NCBI GenBank assembly: GCA_965364615.1
Contig: CBDTYO010000003.1
Span: forward strand, 1 to 34,856
Length of the DNA stretch: 34,856 nt
From: an uncultured Bacteroidia bacterium
Lineage (GTDB): Bacteria; Bacteroidota; Bacteroidia; Bacteroidales; GCA-2748055
Direction of reading: 5' to 3'
Below the pieces are notes generated by a model. That model had not been told where the DNA came from. It saw only the letters and a list, made by a program, of their open reading frames with translations, and did no database searches. Positions 8,102 to 17,520 of this stretch are shown here, piece after piece; the first letter of the stretch is position 1; every line of letters begins with the position of its first letter. The position numbers were made by a program, and so were the translations under genes.

Positions 8102-9235
8102 TCAGTCCAGACCCAGCTTTTGGATATATTCCTTTCCCCAGATCCGGGAGACCACATCCCTGGCATAATCTTTGAAAAAAGCAGCCTTTGCTGCATTGCC
8201 AGTCTCGCCGTATGTATCTATCAGTCCGGTGAGCATGGGGATATTGTCGGGGAACTGTTTCAGTCCGGCCGAATAGAATTCAATGGCTTTTTCATGGTCC
8301 CCGGCCTCCCGGTGATGCTTCGCCTTTTGCAGGTATGTTTCAATCTCACCCAGGTTGCTTTCGAAATAGGTACGGGCAATATCCTGCGATTTTACTGTGA
8401 TGAAACTGCTGGGAAGCTCACGGGTCACCTTTTCCGTAACGCTCCCCATCAGGATCCTGCTTAAACCGGTCCTTCCGGTGGTGCCCATGATCAGCAGGTC
8501 ATGCTCCCCCGTCTTGAGGGTGGAGAGAATTGCTTTTTCGGGAACTCCTTCCTCAAACAAGGTTTTACAGGAAGTCGAATCCAGCTTGAAACCATCCAGG
8601 AATTCCTGAAATTCCTTATTCTGCTTTGCTCTCAGCCTCTCATTCTCCCGGTCATTGTCTACCTCGAACCTGGGAGACTGCACGTAACGCGGCGTAAATA
8701 CATGCATGACGGTAAGTTCTGCATTCAGATGAGAAGCAAGTGTAATGGCATTCCTCATGGCGCGTTCCGAAGCATCTGAAAAATCGACCGGACACAGGAT
8801 CTTCTTCACAGGCATTTGATCCGAGCCCCTGACCACCCATAAGGGTATCTGGTTCTTTCGCATTAGCTTCTCAATGATGGTGCTTAACTGGTAAGGGTCC
8901 TTCTCCGTGTCACTGCCCGACCCGGCAATCACCACGTCAATTTCCCTGCGAATGGCTGTTTGCAGAATTTGCTCAAAGACCACCCCTTTTTGCACCAGAA
9001 ACTCCATGCGTTCAGCCATGGCCTCACCCACACTTTCCTGCAGTTCCCGAAACTTCTGATCAATGGACTCCCGCACCAGTTGCTCTGTTTTGGTTGAAAG
9101 GGATTCCTCCTGGATCACATGAAGCACTACCAGGTTTGAGTGGAAGGCTTCAGATACCTTAGCAGCATAGTGAAAGGCATTGATGGAAGATTCCCTGAAA
9201 TCCACCGGGACTAATATATTCTGCAGTATTTTCAT
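8102..9235 (-). CDS. Universal stress protein (two USP domains) with C-terminal TPR
   Basis: Start re-called at ATG 9235. NILVPVDFRESS, KILCPVDFSDAS, DLLIMGTTGRTGLSRILMGSVTEKV, then TPR-like GDHEKAIEFYSAGLKQFPDN. Confidence 0.9.
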   Translation of the reverse strand: MKILQNILVPVDFRESSINAFHYAAKVSEAFHSNLVVLHVIQEESLSTKTEQLVRESIDQKFRELQESVGEAMAERMEFLVQKGVVFEQILQTAIRREIDVVIAGSGSDTEKDPYQLSTIIEKLMRKNQIPLWVVRGSDQMPVKKILCPVDFSDASERAMRNAITLASHLNAELTVMHVFTPRYVQSPRFEVDNDRENERLRAKQNKEFQEFLDGFKLDSTSCKTLFEEGVPEKAILSTLKTGEHDLLIMGTTGRTGLSRILMGSVTEKVTRELPSSFITVKSQDIARTYFESNLGEIETYLQKAKHHREAGDHEKAIEFYSAGLKQFPDNIPMLTGLIDTYGETGNAAKAAFFKDYARDVVSRIWGKEYIQKLGLD

Positions 9236-9310
9236 GACTCGGTAAATAGCTATTGGTCCTTGAATACTAAACATAAATCCCATGGTTTTGTTTATCCTTA
9301 AAACGAGACC

Positions 9311-9622
9311 ATGATACTTGCCTATATTATTTCGAGCAGCGCTGAGGAAGCAGAACAAATTGCCATGAATCTGCTGGAAAAAAAGCTGGTGTACAGCGTG
9401 AATATCATCCCCTCCATTCGTTCTTTCCGCCGCGATGGCGATCAGATCGTAAAGCAGGAGCGTACCATCGTGCTGGCCAAGACGAAATCCATTTTGTACC
9501 AGCAAATCGAGGATGAAGTGGATACCCTGCAGCAAACGGGAACGGCCATCGTTTTCTCCATGCCTTTTGTGCAGATGTCGAAAATGCTATTCGAAGAAAT
9601 CCAGTCAAATACCCTGGGCTAG
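9311..9622 (+). CDS. cutA: CutA-like divalent cation tolerance protein (divergent)
   Basis: EEAEQIAMNLLEKKLVYSVNIIPSIRS...ERTIVLAKT; 103 aa. Confidence 0.75.
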   Translation: MILAYIISSSAEEAEQIAMNLLEKKLVYSVNIIPSIRSFRRDGDQIVKQERTIVLAKTKSILYQQIEDEVDTLQQTGTAIVFSMPFVQMSKMLFEEIQSNTLG

Positions 9623-9626
9623 CCGT

Positions 9627-9911
9627 TTAGCCTTTTTTACCGGGCCTTCCCATGGATTTTGAAACGGCATGGGCGGCCAATGGGGCGGTAAGATAGATGA
9701 AAACGATCACCAGGATCGCTTTGATCAGCACCACCGCAGTCATGTAATGTAAGGCTACTCCTGATAATATAAGCAACAGCCCGAAAGAAGGGGCTTTGGT
9801 GGTGGCATGCATCCTGCTGTAGATATCCCTGAAACGCAGCAATCCAATGGCGGCGATCAGGATGAACAGGGATCCCAGGAAAATCAATACAAGGACGATA
9901 ATCTCTTTCAT
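9627..9911 (-). CDS. mrpG: Mrp Na+/H+ antiporter subunit G
   Basis: IGLLRFRDIYSRMHATTK, FIYLTAPLAAH. Confidence 0.93.
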   Translation of the reverse strand: MKEIIVLVLIFLGSLFILIAAIGLLRFRDIYSRMHATTKAPSFGLLLILSGVALHYMTAVVLIKAILVIVFIYLTAPLAAHAVSKSMGRPGKKG

Positions 9912-10180
9912 CGGTTCTGCTTTAAATAAATGGATATGGCTACGGTTCCCATGAACGAAATGAGCGATATGACAATGGCAATGTCAAAGTAAAGGACCTT
10001 GTTTATCACCACCGAATAAAGCAATATGTAACCCATGACTACGGAGGCGATCAAATCCATGGCAATGATCATGCTGCCCGTTTCCGGTCCCCTGATCAAG
10101 CGTATCAGGGCAAGCACCAGTGCAGCCAGCAGAGCAGCAAAGGATCCTATGATCAGTAGTAGTGAAATTCCGTTTTCCAT
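9908..10180 (-). CDS. mrpF: Mrp antiporter subunit F
   Basis: Start re-called at ATG 10180 (90 aa). RLIRGP, AMDL, DIAIVISLISFMGTVA. Confidence 0.9.
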   Translation of the reverse strand: MENGISLLLIIGSFAALLAALVLALIRLIRGPETGSMIIAMDLIASVVMGYILLYSVVINKVLYFDIAIVISLISFMGTVAISIYLKQNR

Positions 10181-10188
10181 CTTTGTTT

Positions 10189-10521
10189 CTATTCTGTGAT
10201 CTGCCTGATCATTTTCATAATCCTCTGAATTTCCTTCTCCGTAGCCTCCAGCCGGTCCATATACAGGACATGCACCAGGAGCAGGTTCCGCTCCCTGTCC
10301 AGGTCCATGCTCAGGGTCCCGGGGGTCATGGATAACAAGTTGCTGAACAATAAAATGCCGAAATTGGAATCCAGGTTGATCTCCACTTCGATCATGCCGG
10401 GATTGATGCGCATCCTCGGGGTAAGAATGTCGTAAGCAATGTAGAGATTCGCACTGATGAGTTTCACCAGGTAAAATGCCAGGAAAAAAATGAAATAATA
10501 TGTCTTCCGGAGTATTCTCAT
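10189..10521 (-). CDS. mrpE: Mrp antiporter subunit E
   Basis: Start re-called at ATG 10521. LISANLYIA, INPG, NLLSMTPGTL, LLVH. Confidence 0.9.
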   Translation of the reverse strand: MRILRKTYYFIFFLAFYLVKLISANLYIAYDILTPRMRINPGMIEVEINLDSNFGILLFSNLLSMTPGTLSMDLDRERNLLLVHVLYMDRLEATEKEIQRIMKMIRQITE

Positions 10522-10525
10522 ACAC

Positions 10526-12007
10526 TTATTTTGACATGACACTTTCAATATAATGGACCGGATCGAGTAAGGCATCCCCGGCAAGCAGGGTAAGATCCAC
10601 CATGAAGGCCGCAAAGACACCCATGAGCACTGTGGCTGTCCCCAGAATGATCGACGGGAGAAGATCCACAAAGTTCAGTGAACGAGTTTCTTGCCTGTCC
10701 TCCTGCTCCGGCACTTTTTTCAGAAAAGCCTCGTTCCAGATCTTGATCATGGAATAGAGCGTCATCAGGCCTGTGAGTACGGCAATGCCCGTGATCCAGT
10801 AATGCCCGCCCTCGAAACCGGCTTTGATGAGAATGAATTTGGCAAAGAAACCCGACAAGGGGGGTATTCCCGCCAGGGCAAAAGCGGGAATGATAAACAA
10901 GGTGGCCAGAATGGGACTTTCCCGGAACAGCCCTCCCACTTCCTTCAGGGAATAGCTGCCCCGCATGCGGTTGATCAATCCCGATACCACGAAGGTATTG
11001 GTCTTAGCCAACATATTGTGCAAGGTGAAAAAAATGGCTCCTGCAATGCCCAGCGGGGTGAAGATGGCCAGGCCCATGATCATGTACCCGATCTGGCTGA
11101 TGATATGATAAGACAGAATTTTCCGGGTCTCATACCTGGAAATGGCAGCCATGCCCCCTACCAGCATGGTAAAACCGGCGATCACAAAGAGCAGGTTGTG
11201 CCAGAACAAGGGGTCCTGCACAAAAAACAGCGTGAAGAACCTGATCATGGCATAGACTCCGACCTTGGTCAATATACCAGCGAACAATGAGGTCACAGTA
11301 ATATCCGGGGTATGATAGGAGGCAGGCAACCAGAAATAAAGGGGAAAGACGGCCGCTTTGATACCAAATGCCAGGAAAAAGAGCATGGCGGAGGAGTTAA
11401 TCAGGATGGACTGGTCGTCGTTCATCAGGATCTCTGCCAGATGCGCCATGTTCAGGGTACCAGTTTTTCCGTACAACAGTCCGATGCCCGCCAGGAAGAA
11501 AAGTGATCCGATCAGGTTCAATGCCATGTATTTGATCCCCGACCGCATCTGATCCTTGGAAAAACCAAGCGTTATCAGTACGAAGGAGGAAAGCAACATG
11601 ATCTCGAACCATACATACAGGTTGAATATATCCCCCGTAATAAAGGCCCCATTGATGCCCAGAATGAGGGTGAAAAAGAAAAAGTAAAACCTGGTCAGGC
11701 GCTTTTTCCTTTCAGGGAGCCGCAGTGCAAAAATCGATATGGACAGGACAATGACCGAGGAAATTACCAGAAACAAGGCACTCATGGGGTCGATCACAAT
11801 GGAGATCCCGAAAGGAGCATCCCAGCCACCTGCCACCAGGGAAAGGTAATCGCCGCTAAAAACCTCCCTGGCAATGAATCCGGAACTGACCAGGAGCATT
11901 ACGCTTCCCGTAATGCCCGAAATGGCCGCCACAGAATCCTTCCGGATGAGCAGGTGAATGATCATCATCACAACGGGGATCAGTATGGGCAACACAGCCA
12001 GTGTCAT
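10526..12007 (-). CDS. mrpD: Mrp antiporter subunit D
   Basis: GGWDAPFGI, TGDIFNLYVWFEIML, GTLNMA, FPLYFWLPASY, LTKVGVY, GIPPLSGFFAK. Confidence 0.95.
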   Translation of the reverse strand: MTLAVLPILIPVVMMIIHLLIRKDSVAAISGITGSVMLLVSSGFIAREVFSGDYLSLVAGGWDAPFGISIVIDPMSALFLVISSVIVLSISIFALRLPERKKRLTRFYFFFFTLILGINGAFITGDIFNLYVWFEIMLLSSFVLITLGFSKDQMRSGIKYMALNLIGSLFFLAGIGLLYGKTGTLNMAHLAEILMNDDQSILINSSAMLFFLAFGIKAAVFPLYFWLPASYHTPDITVTSLFAGILTKVGVYAMIRFFTLFFVQDPLFWHNLLFVIAGFTMLVGGMAAISRYETRKILSYHIISQIGYMIMGLAIFTPLGIAGAIFFTLHNMLAKTNTFVVSGLINRMRGSYSLKEVGGLFRESPILATLFIIPAFALAGIPPLSGFFAKFILIKAGFEGGHYWITGIAVLTGLMTLYSMIKIWNEAFLKKVPEQEDRQETRSLNFVDLLPSIILGTATVLMGVFAAFMVDLTLLAGDALLDPVHYIESVMSK

Positions 12008-12008
12008 G

Positions 12009-12356
12009 TCAATCCTCTTCTGTGGGTTTTAATTGATCCAGGTCATCTGTTTGGGTTTCATGGAACAACCTGTATTTGACGGCCAGCAAGTATACCACAA
12101 TCCCAAAACCGATGACCACGGCAGTCAATACCAGGGCCTGAGGAAGGGGATCCGCAAGCTCCCGCGCCACGGTACCGGAAGATTCCAGAAAGACAGGTTC
12201 GCCCGGAACGAGCCCGGCGGCCAGGAAGACCAGCAGGTTGGTGGCATTGCTGAGAAATATGATGCCAACAATGAATTTCAGGATGCTGCGCCTGAGCAAC
12301 ATATATACCCCTGCCGTATAAAGCACTCCAACCAGTATGGCCAACAAAATTTCCAT
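12009..12356 (-). CDS. mrpC: Mrp antiporter subunit C
   Basis: Start at ATG 12356, overlapping the mrpB stop (TAATG). DPLPQALVLTAVVIGFG. Confidence 0.95.
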   Translation of the reverse strand: MEILLAILVGVLYTAGVYMLLRRSILKFIVGIIFLSNATNLLVFLAAGLVPGEPVFLESSGTVARELADPLPQALVLTAVVIGFGIVVYLLAVKYRLFHETQTDDLDQLKPTEED

Positions 12357-12772
12357 TATCGTGCCCGTTTTAATGAGAAGAAAAACATCCGGATCACTCC
12401 AATCACTCCAAAAAACACTCCGGCATCGAACAACAAGGGCGTGCCGAGTTTCAACGCTCCTATCAGCGGGATGTCCCATTGCACCCAATACCCCTTCATA
12501 AATGCTGCTCCACCGGCCAACGAAGGGAGGGTACTCAGGAGGATCAGCGTTAGTCCGGCAGCCATAAATCCACTGGGAGACACTTTCATCTGCCTGGCCA
12601 CCAATTCGATGTCATAGGCGAAGGCTTTCATCACCATGGACAGACCCGCCAGCAATCCAGCGATAAAACCGCCCCCGGGGTGGTTATGTCCCCTCAACAG
12701 TGCGACCACTGCAAACAAGAGCAGCAGGAAACGCACATAACGCTGAGCGATCTGTAAGATGGCTGAATTCAT
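12356..12772 (-). CDS. mrpB: Mrp antiporter subunit B
   Basis: RGHNHPGGGFIAGL, LLFDAGV. Confidence 0.95.
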   Translation of the reverse strand: MNSAILQIAQRYVRFLLLLFAVVALLRGHNHPGGGFIAGLLAGLSMVMKAFAYDIELVARQMKVSPSGFMAAGLTLILLSTLPSLAGGAAFMKGYWVQWDIPLIGALKLGTPLLFDAGVFFGVIGVIRMFFFSLKRAR

Positions 12773-15075
12773 GCTCTTTTCTTTTTGACATTTAACAACA
12801 GGGCCGCTCCCACGGCAGCAATGGTCAATACGATCACTTCCCCCATGGTGTCCAGGGCCCTGAAATCCACCAGGATCACATTCACCACGTTCTTCCCGAA
12901 TGCTTCCAGATAACTTCTGTCCACAAAATAATCACTGATGGGGTGGTTGAAATCCAGGTGGATCGCCTTGATGGCCATCACCGTCATGACACTGCCGAAG
13001 GAGAGGGCGACCACAAGGTCTCTGAGTTTCGTCCTTCTTGAGGAAAGTCTGGCAAATCTGGGAAGTTTCTGAAGCACCAGCACAAACATGACCACGATCA
13101 GGGTTTCCACCAGTATTTGGGTAATGGCCAGGTCCACTGCACTATAGTAGAGATAGATCAATGAAATTCCATAGCCAATAACCCCCAGTGCCACAATGGT
13201 GGCGATCCTGGAGTTTGACAGGATGCTGAATAAGGTGGCTGCAATGATAACCGCAACCACGATAGACATATTAAACGGCTGAAGCGAGAGTGTAGCTTCC
13301 GGCTTCCATCCCCAGGTGTAGATCACCTGGAACCAGATGGCCGCCGACGCGAAAATGAATATGGTCAGGATGTAGAGGCGGTGATAACCATGCTGCAGCC
13401 TCCCCGTATTCCGGTCTGAAAACCGAACGAATCCTTCGATGATCCTTTGGAACACATCTGACGGACTTAAAAAGAAAAGCCGGTCATTCACACGCTCCCA
13501 GGCCCTCAGGATCGATGACTTACGGACGATCAGCAGGGTCACCGAGAAACCGCTGATCACGGTAAAAAGACTCAGAAAAAAAACATCGTTAAAGCCGTGC
13601 CAGAGCTTGAGCTTTACGCTGACAGGCACGGTTTGTGTAGCGAACAGGGCCGATTCGATCAGGGTACTGCCCAGCACGCGGGGGAAAAGTCCCAGGAATA
13701 GACTGAACAGGGCCAGTACCAGTGGACCCACGATCCATAAGGCACCTTTCTCACGGGGATTTTTGGGAGTGCGTCCTGCGGGCCCCAAAAAAATCCGGTA
13801 CACAAACAAAAGGGAAATGATCACCATGAATATGTTGGAGATTACCCCCAGGACCAGAACTCCTCCTGAAATGCCTGGCAGCTGCAGTTTGGCCTCGTAG
13901 ATCAGCTCTTTTCCCAGAAAACCCAGCATGGGTGGAAGACCTGCCATGGAAAGAACCAGCAGGAGCGTTACCATAAAACTCAGGGGCAATTTGCTGCGCA
14001 ATCCGCCCATGAGGCTGATATCCCTTGTTCCGGTTTTCTTCTCCAGCATCCCCGCCATCATAAACAGGGCAGCTTTGTAAAAGGCGTGTACAAACAAAAA
14101 AAGGAGGGCGGCCTTTATGGAGGCCGTGGTATCGATTCCCATGAGAAGCACCAGTACTCCCAGGGCATTGATGGTCGTAAAGGCCAGGATCGCCTTGATA
14201 TCCTTCTTGGTAATGGCCATGTAGGAGCCCAGCAACATGGTCAGGACCCCCGCTATGGAAAGGATGTACAACCATTCCCTGGTATCTCCCAGCACAGGAT
14301 TCAGGCGGGCCAGCAGGTAAAAGCCAGCTTTCACCATGGTGGCAGAGTGCAGATAAGCGCTTACCGGTCCGGGGGCCTGCATGGCTCCGGGCAACCAGAA
14401 GTGGAAAGGGAATTGCGCCGATTTGGTCAGCACGCCCAACAGGACCAATATCAGTCCAGGCAGATACAAGGAACTTTCTCGTATGGCGGAGGCATTTTCC
14501 ACCCACACCGAGACGGAGTAAGAGTCCACCACGGTCCCCAGCAAAATAATCCCTGAAAGCAGACTCAAGCCCCCAAAACCGGTCAGGAAAAGCGACTGGA
14601 AGGCAGCTTTGCGTGCTTCGGATTTTTCATGGAAAAAACTGATCAGGAGGAAGGACAATACCGTGGTGAGTTCCCAGAAAATGAACAGGAGGATCAGGTT
14701 TTCGGCGAACACCAGTCCGAGCATGGCCCCGCTGAAAAGGAACAGGAATATGGAAAATCTTCCCCTTCCCTCGTAGCTTTTCATGTATGGAAAGGCAAAC
14801 AGAAAGACCAATGCCCCGATTCCAGTGATTAATAATCCAAAGATCAGGCTGAGCCCATCCAGTTTCAGTTCCAGGTGCAAACCCAGTTCCGGGATCCATG
14901 GATAATAGCGGTGAATGGGTCCGGAGTTGACCACTTCCTGAAAGTTCAGGAAAAGTAACAGAAAGGCACCCAACTGAACGCCTGCAAACAGCAATGGCCT
15001 GAGCTCGGAAACAGCCCTGGGCAACCTGATGACCAGCAGGGGAAGGAGCAAGTATATAATCAGTATGGTCAGCAA
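12769..15075 (-). CDS. mrpA: Mrp antiporter subunit A
   Basis: TTG start. LDGLS, FWELT, TKSAQFPFHFWLPGAMQAPGPVSAYLHSATMVKAG, NVVNVILVDFRALDTMGE. Confidence 0.95.
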   Translation of the reverse strand: MLTILIIYLLLPLLVIRLPRAVSELRPLLFAGVQLGAFLLLFLNFQEVVNSGPIHRYYPWIPELGLHLELKLDGLSLIFGLLITGIGALVFLFAFPYMKSYEGRGRFSIFLFLFSGAMLGLVFAENLILLFIFWELTTVLSFLLISFFHEKSEARKAAFQSLFLTGFGGLSLLSGIILLGTVVDSYSVSVWVENASAIRESSLYLPGLILVLLGVLTKSAQFPFHFWLPGAMQAPGPVSAYLHSATMVKAGFYLLARLNPVLGDTREWLYILSIAGVLTMLLGSYMAITKKDIKAILAFTTINALGVLVLLMGIDTTASIKAALLFLFVHAFYKAALFMMAGMLEKKTGTRDISLMGGLRSKLPLSFMVTLLLVLSMAGLPPMLGFLGKELIYEAKLQLPGISGGVLVLGVISNIFMVIISLLFVYRIFLGPAGRTPKNPREKGALWIVGPLVLALFSLFLGLFPRVLGSTLIESALFATQTVPVSVKLKLWHGFNDVFFLSLFTVISGFSVTLLIVRKSSILRAWERVNDRLFFLSPSDVFQRIIEGFVRFSDRNTGRLQHGYHRLYILTIFIFASAAIWFQVIYTWGWKPEATLSLQPFNMSIVVAVIIAATLFSILSNSRIATIVALGVIGYGISLIYLYYSAVDLAITQILVETLIVVMFVLVLQKLPRFARLSSRRTKLRDLVVALSFGSVMTVMAIKAIHLDFNHPISDYFVDRSYLEAFGKNVVNVILVDFRALDTMGEVIVLTIAAVGAALLLNVKKKRA

Positions 15076-15108
15076 GGGGGCAGGATTTGGCCGGATTTAC
15101 ACCGCCTT

Positions 15109-16023
15109 TTAGTTCTTGAAAAACATCCCCACCGGATCCACAACCGATTTGATCAATTCCCTGAAGTTAAAATCAGTGGCCGAAGCAGTCAGGCTAAGCA
15201 CAGGGACGCTGGAGCGATTGATCAGATGATGGGCAAAAGCCCCGATGTAATTATCGTAGTTGTAGCCTTCCTGGTGGGTCATCAGCAGGATCATCCCGGC
15301 ATCGATCTGCTCAGCATAGTCCAGCACCCGCTGATAGGAGGGCAGGTGGTTTTTTTCCAGAATCTGTATCTCAGTCTCGACCCCATTTTGCTCCAACGTG
15401 CGCTTGGCTTCCCGCATTTTCTTGAATATGAGACTATGTCTGACTTTGACTCCGGGAATGAGGGAGGAAACCAGGTGGATCTTTGCCCCATAGTTCAGGC
15501 CATAAACCAGCGCACTGTAAATTTGCTTCCGGTGTTCCTGGGCCAGGTCGAGGGGTACCACAATGGTCTGACCGAATTCCTGGACATTGCCTTTCAGGGT
15601 CAGCACAGGAACCTGTGATTTGAGGGTTACATGGTATACGGTTGATCCAAGGTCTTTTTGCGCTTCATCTCCCTGGTGGTTCTCCCCCAGTATGATCATT
15701 CGCACATCTACCTCCCGCACCATATGAAGAATTCGTTCATAGGGCTTTCCCCGGTCCACCTTGCTGTGGACTTTTATTTCACTATCGATGCCGGAGAGTT
15801 CGGTGACCATTTCCAGCAATTTTTCCTTTGCCTGGTCCGTGACCTTGACCAGCAGGCTTCCGGATTCAAAAAATTTTGCCAGCAGGCCCGGGGTTTGAAT
15901 GATATTCAGCAGGTAAACCTCTGCATTCAACCTTCTGGCCAACCTGACCGCATAGGCGGCAGCCTGCCGGGAAGGCTGCTGAAAGTCCACCGGGACCAGT
16001 ATGTATTTCTTATCTTTTCTCAT
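15109..16023 (-). CDS. Universal stress protein (tandem USP domains)
   Basis: ILVPVDFQQPS, LGSTVYHV...VPVLT, IVVPLDL, YIGAFAHHLINRSSVPVLS. Ends 33 nt before mrpA. Confidence 0.9.
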   Translation of the reverse strand: MRKDKKYILVPVDFQQPSRQAAAYAVRLARRLNAEVYLLNIIQTPGLLAKFFESGSLLVKVTDQAKEKLLEMVTELSGIDSEIKVHSKVDRGKPYERILHMVREVDVRMIILGENHQGDEAQKDLGSTVYHVTLKSQVPVLTLKGNVQEFGQTIVVPLDLAQEHRKQIYSALVYGLNYGAKIHLVSSLIPGVKVRHSLIFKKMREAKRTLEQNGVETEIQILEKNHLPSYQRVLDYAEQIDAGMILLMTHQEGYNYDNYIGAFAHHLINRSSVPVLSLTASATDFNFRELIKSVVDPVGMFFKN

Positions 16024-16058
16024 AGTACAACTTGTTGAAGTGACCTGTAAATCCTTTC

Positions 16059-16094
16059 AGGACCTGAATGCAATATACCATGCATTCAGATCCT
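16059..16094. promoter_or_regulatory. Inverted repeat AGGAcCTGAATGCA-N8-TGCATTCAGaTCCT (hairpin or operator) upstream of usp-mrp
   Basis: Perfect 9-bp arms at 16064-16072 and 16081-16089, extendable to 14 bp with one mismatch that is a G-U pair on the minus-strand RNA. Confidence 0.5.
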
Positions 16095-16170
16095 TGTAAG
16101 GATAACAACGAAAATACAGAATTGGTTTAAAAGGTCATGGGCTTTCCCTCAACATACAATTCATACGCGT

Positions 16171-17388
16171 TCATACAGCCAAACGATCCCGCTCTATGGA
16201 GGCAGATACCCGGGAGAAGTCCGGTTGCACGGCATGCAGGCCGGTTTCCTTCTTGGGGGCCATGGATTTCATTCCAAATATCACCCTGGTGAGGTTGAAG
16301 GGGCGTACCACCAGCCAGTACAGGCCACAGGTGATCGTGAAGCTGGAACTGATCAGCAGCAGCAGACGGGCCAGATCCGGCATGGTCAGCTTATTCAGCA
16401 GGAATCCCAGGATAAGTATAATGGGCTGGTGCAGCAGGTAAAAGGGATAGATGGCCACGTTGGCCACTTTGCGGAACCGGCTGTTGCGGTTCAGGTATTG
16501 TCTGGCATAGCCTATGGCTGCCAGGGCGCAGGACCAGGCCAGGAAAATGGATGATATGCCCCAGGCCAGATCCGCGGCAGATTCGTCGGCAAACAGGTGG
16601 GGGGAGGAAAACATGAAGGCAGTGGCCAGTCCCGCCTCTGCCAGGTAAAGCCTTTTCTGCTTCCGGATGGATTCGATGATGTATGGGTTGGACAGAAGCA
16701 TAAATCCGCACAGGAAGAAAATGATGTAAAAGGCCATGGAAGCCCAATCATTGAAAAGAGCATGGGTCTCCTCAGGGAAATAGGGCCCTAACAGCGCTTG
16801 CGATGCGATAAGAATCAAAACCACCACATTCAGGGAAAGCGGCCTTTTTGCAAAACCTTCCAGCCATATGGAGAAGCGCAGGTAGCCATTGCTCCGGAAC
16901 AATTTCAGGAAGGGTGAGAAAAGCAGGCTGATCACAAAGAGATAGAGGATGAACCACAGGTGGTGCCAGCTGAAATTCCCGGTGGGATAGATCCCATCAA
17001 ACATGTGGGGATAAAAGCTCAGCAGAGAGCTGTACTGATCCGCCTTCTCCAGGTAGACCTGTACAGGGACCAGGATGAAGATCCCTGCGAAGAAAGGGAT
17101 CATCAGTCTTTTAAACCTTTCCCCCAGGTACCTGCGCGGCGTACGTTTGCCAAGGGCATAATAGGTACCGGCCCCGGAGATCAGGAAGAGCAGGGGCATC
17201 CTCCACTCGTGTAAAAAGGTCATCAGGCTTGTGAGCAGTCCGCCATATCCGGTGGGATTCTTCACATGCCAGTCCCAGGTATTGAAAAACATGCCTATGT
17301 GGAAAAGATACACGCTGAAGATTAATAATATCCGCAGCCAATCGATGAAATACTGGCGTTCGGTTTTTTGTGCTGTCAAGGTTTTCAT
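16171..17388 (-). CDS. Acyltransferase family 3 membrane protein (OpgC/MdoC-like)
   Basis: Start re-called at ATG 17388. RQYFIDWLR, WRMPLLFLISG, ERFKRLMIP, HLWFILYLF, IYPFYLLHQ. Confidence 0.88.
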   Translation of the reverse strand: MKTLTAQKTERQYFIDWLRILLIFSVYLFHIGMFFNTWDWHVKNPTGYGGLLTSLMTFLHEWRMPLLFLISGAGTYYALGKRTPRRYLGERFKRLMIPFFAGIFILVPVQVYLEKADQYSSLLSFYPHMFDGIYPTGNFSWHHLWFILYLFVISLLFSPFLKLFRSNGYLRFSIWLEGFAKRPLSLNVVVLILIASQALLGPYFPEETHALFNDWASMAFYIIFFLCGFMLLSNPYIIESIRKQKRLYLAEAGLATAFMFSSPHLFADESAADLAWGISSIFLAWSCALAAIGYARQYLNRNSRFRKVANVAIYPFYLLHQPIILILGFLLNKLTMPDLARLLLLISSSFTITCGLYWLVVRPFNLTRVIFGMKSMAPKKETGLHAVQPDFSRVSASIERDRLAV

Positions 17389-17412
17389 GATGCTGAGTTT
17401 TGGTTTACAGGT

Positions 17413-17420
17413 CAAACTTA
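17413..17420 (-). promoter_or_regulatory. Bacteroidota -7 promoter element (TAAGTTTG)
   Basis: Exact TAnnTTTG match about 25 nt upstream of ATG 17388. Confidence 0.65.
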
Positions 17421-17444
17421 TGGCAGCATCATTGAATATGAAGA

Positions 17445-17483
17445 ATGTCCCGATCGGAGCGATGTTCGAGCTTATCGGGACAT
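17445..17483. promoter_or_regulatory. Perfect 10-bp inverted repeat ATGTCCCGAT-N19-ATCGGGACAT, candidate AraC site
   Basis: Lies between the araC stop and the -7 element of the acyltransferase gene. Confidence 0.55.
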
Positions 17484-17520
17484 ACATCGAATAGCGCTCA
17501 ATAATTTGATTTACTGAATT

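Noticed and set aside
9236-9535. N-terminal extension of the USP ORF
   Set aside because: Antisense to cutA. The USP domain begins at ATG 9235.
13751-14506. 251-aa alternative-frame ORF inside mrpA, and similar nested ORFs across the mrp operon
   Set aside because: Pro/Arg/Gly-rich off-frame translations typical of GC-rich codon usage.
9627-15075. Mbh/Mbx hydrogenase or complex I membrane arm
   Set aside because: Only the seven Mrp subunits are present, with no Fe-S or catalytic subunits.
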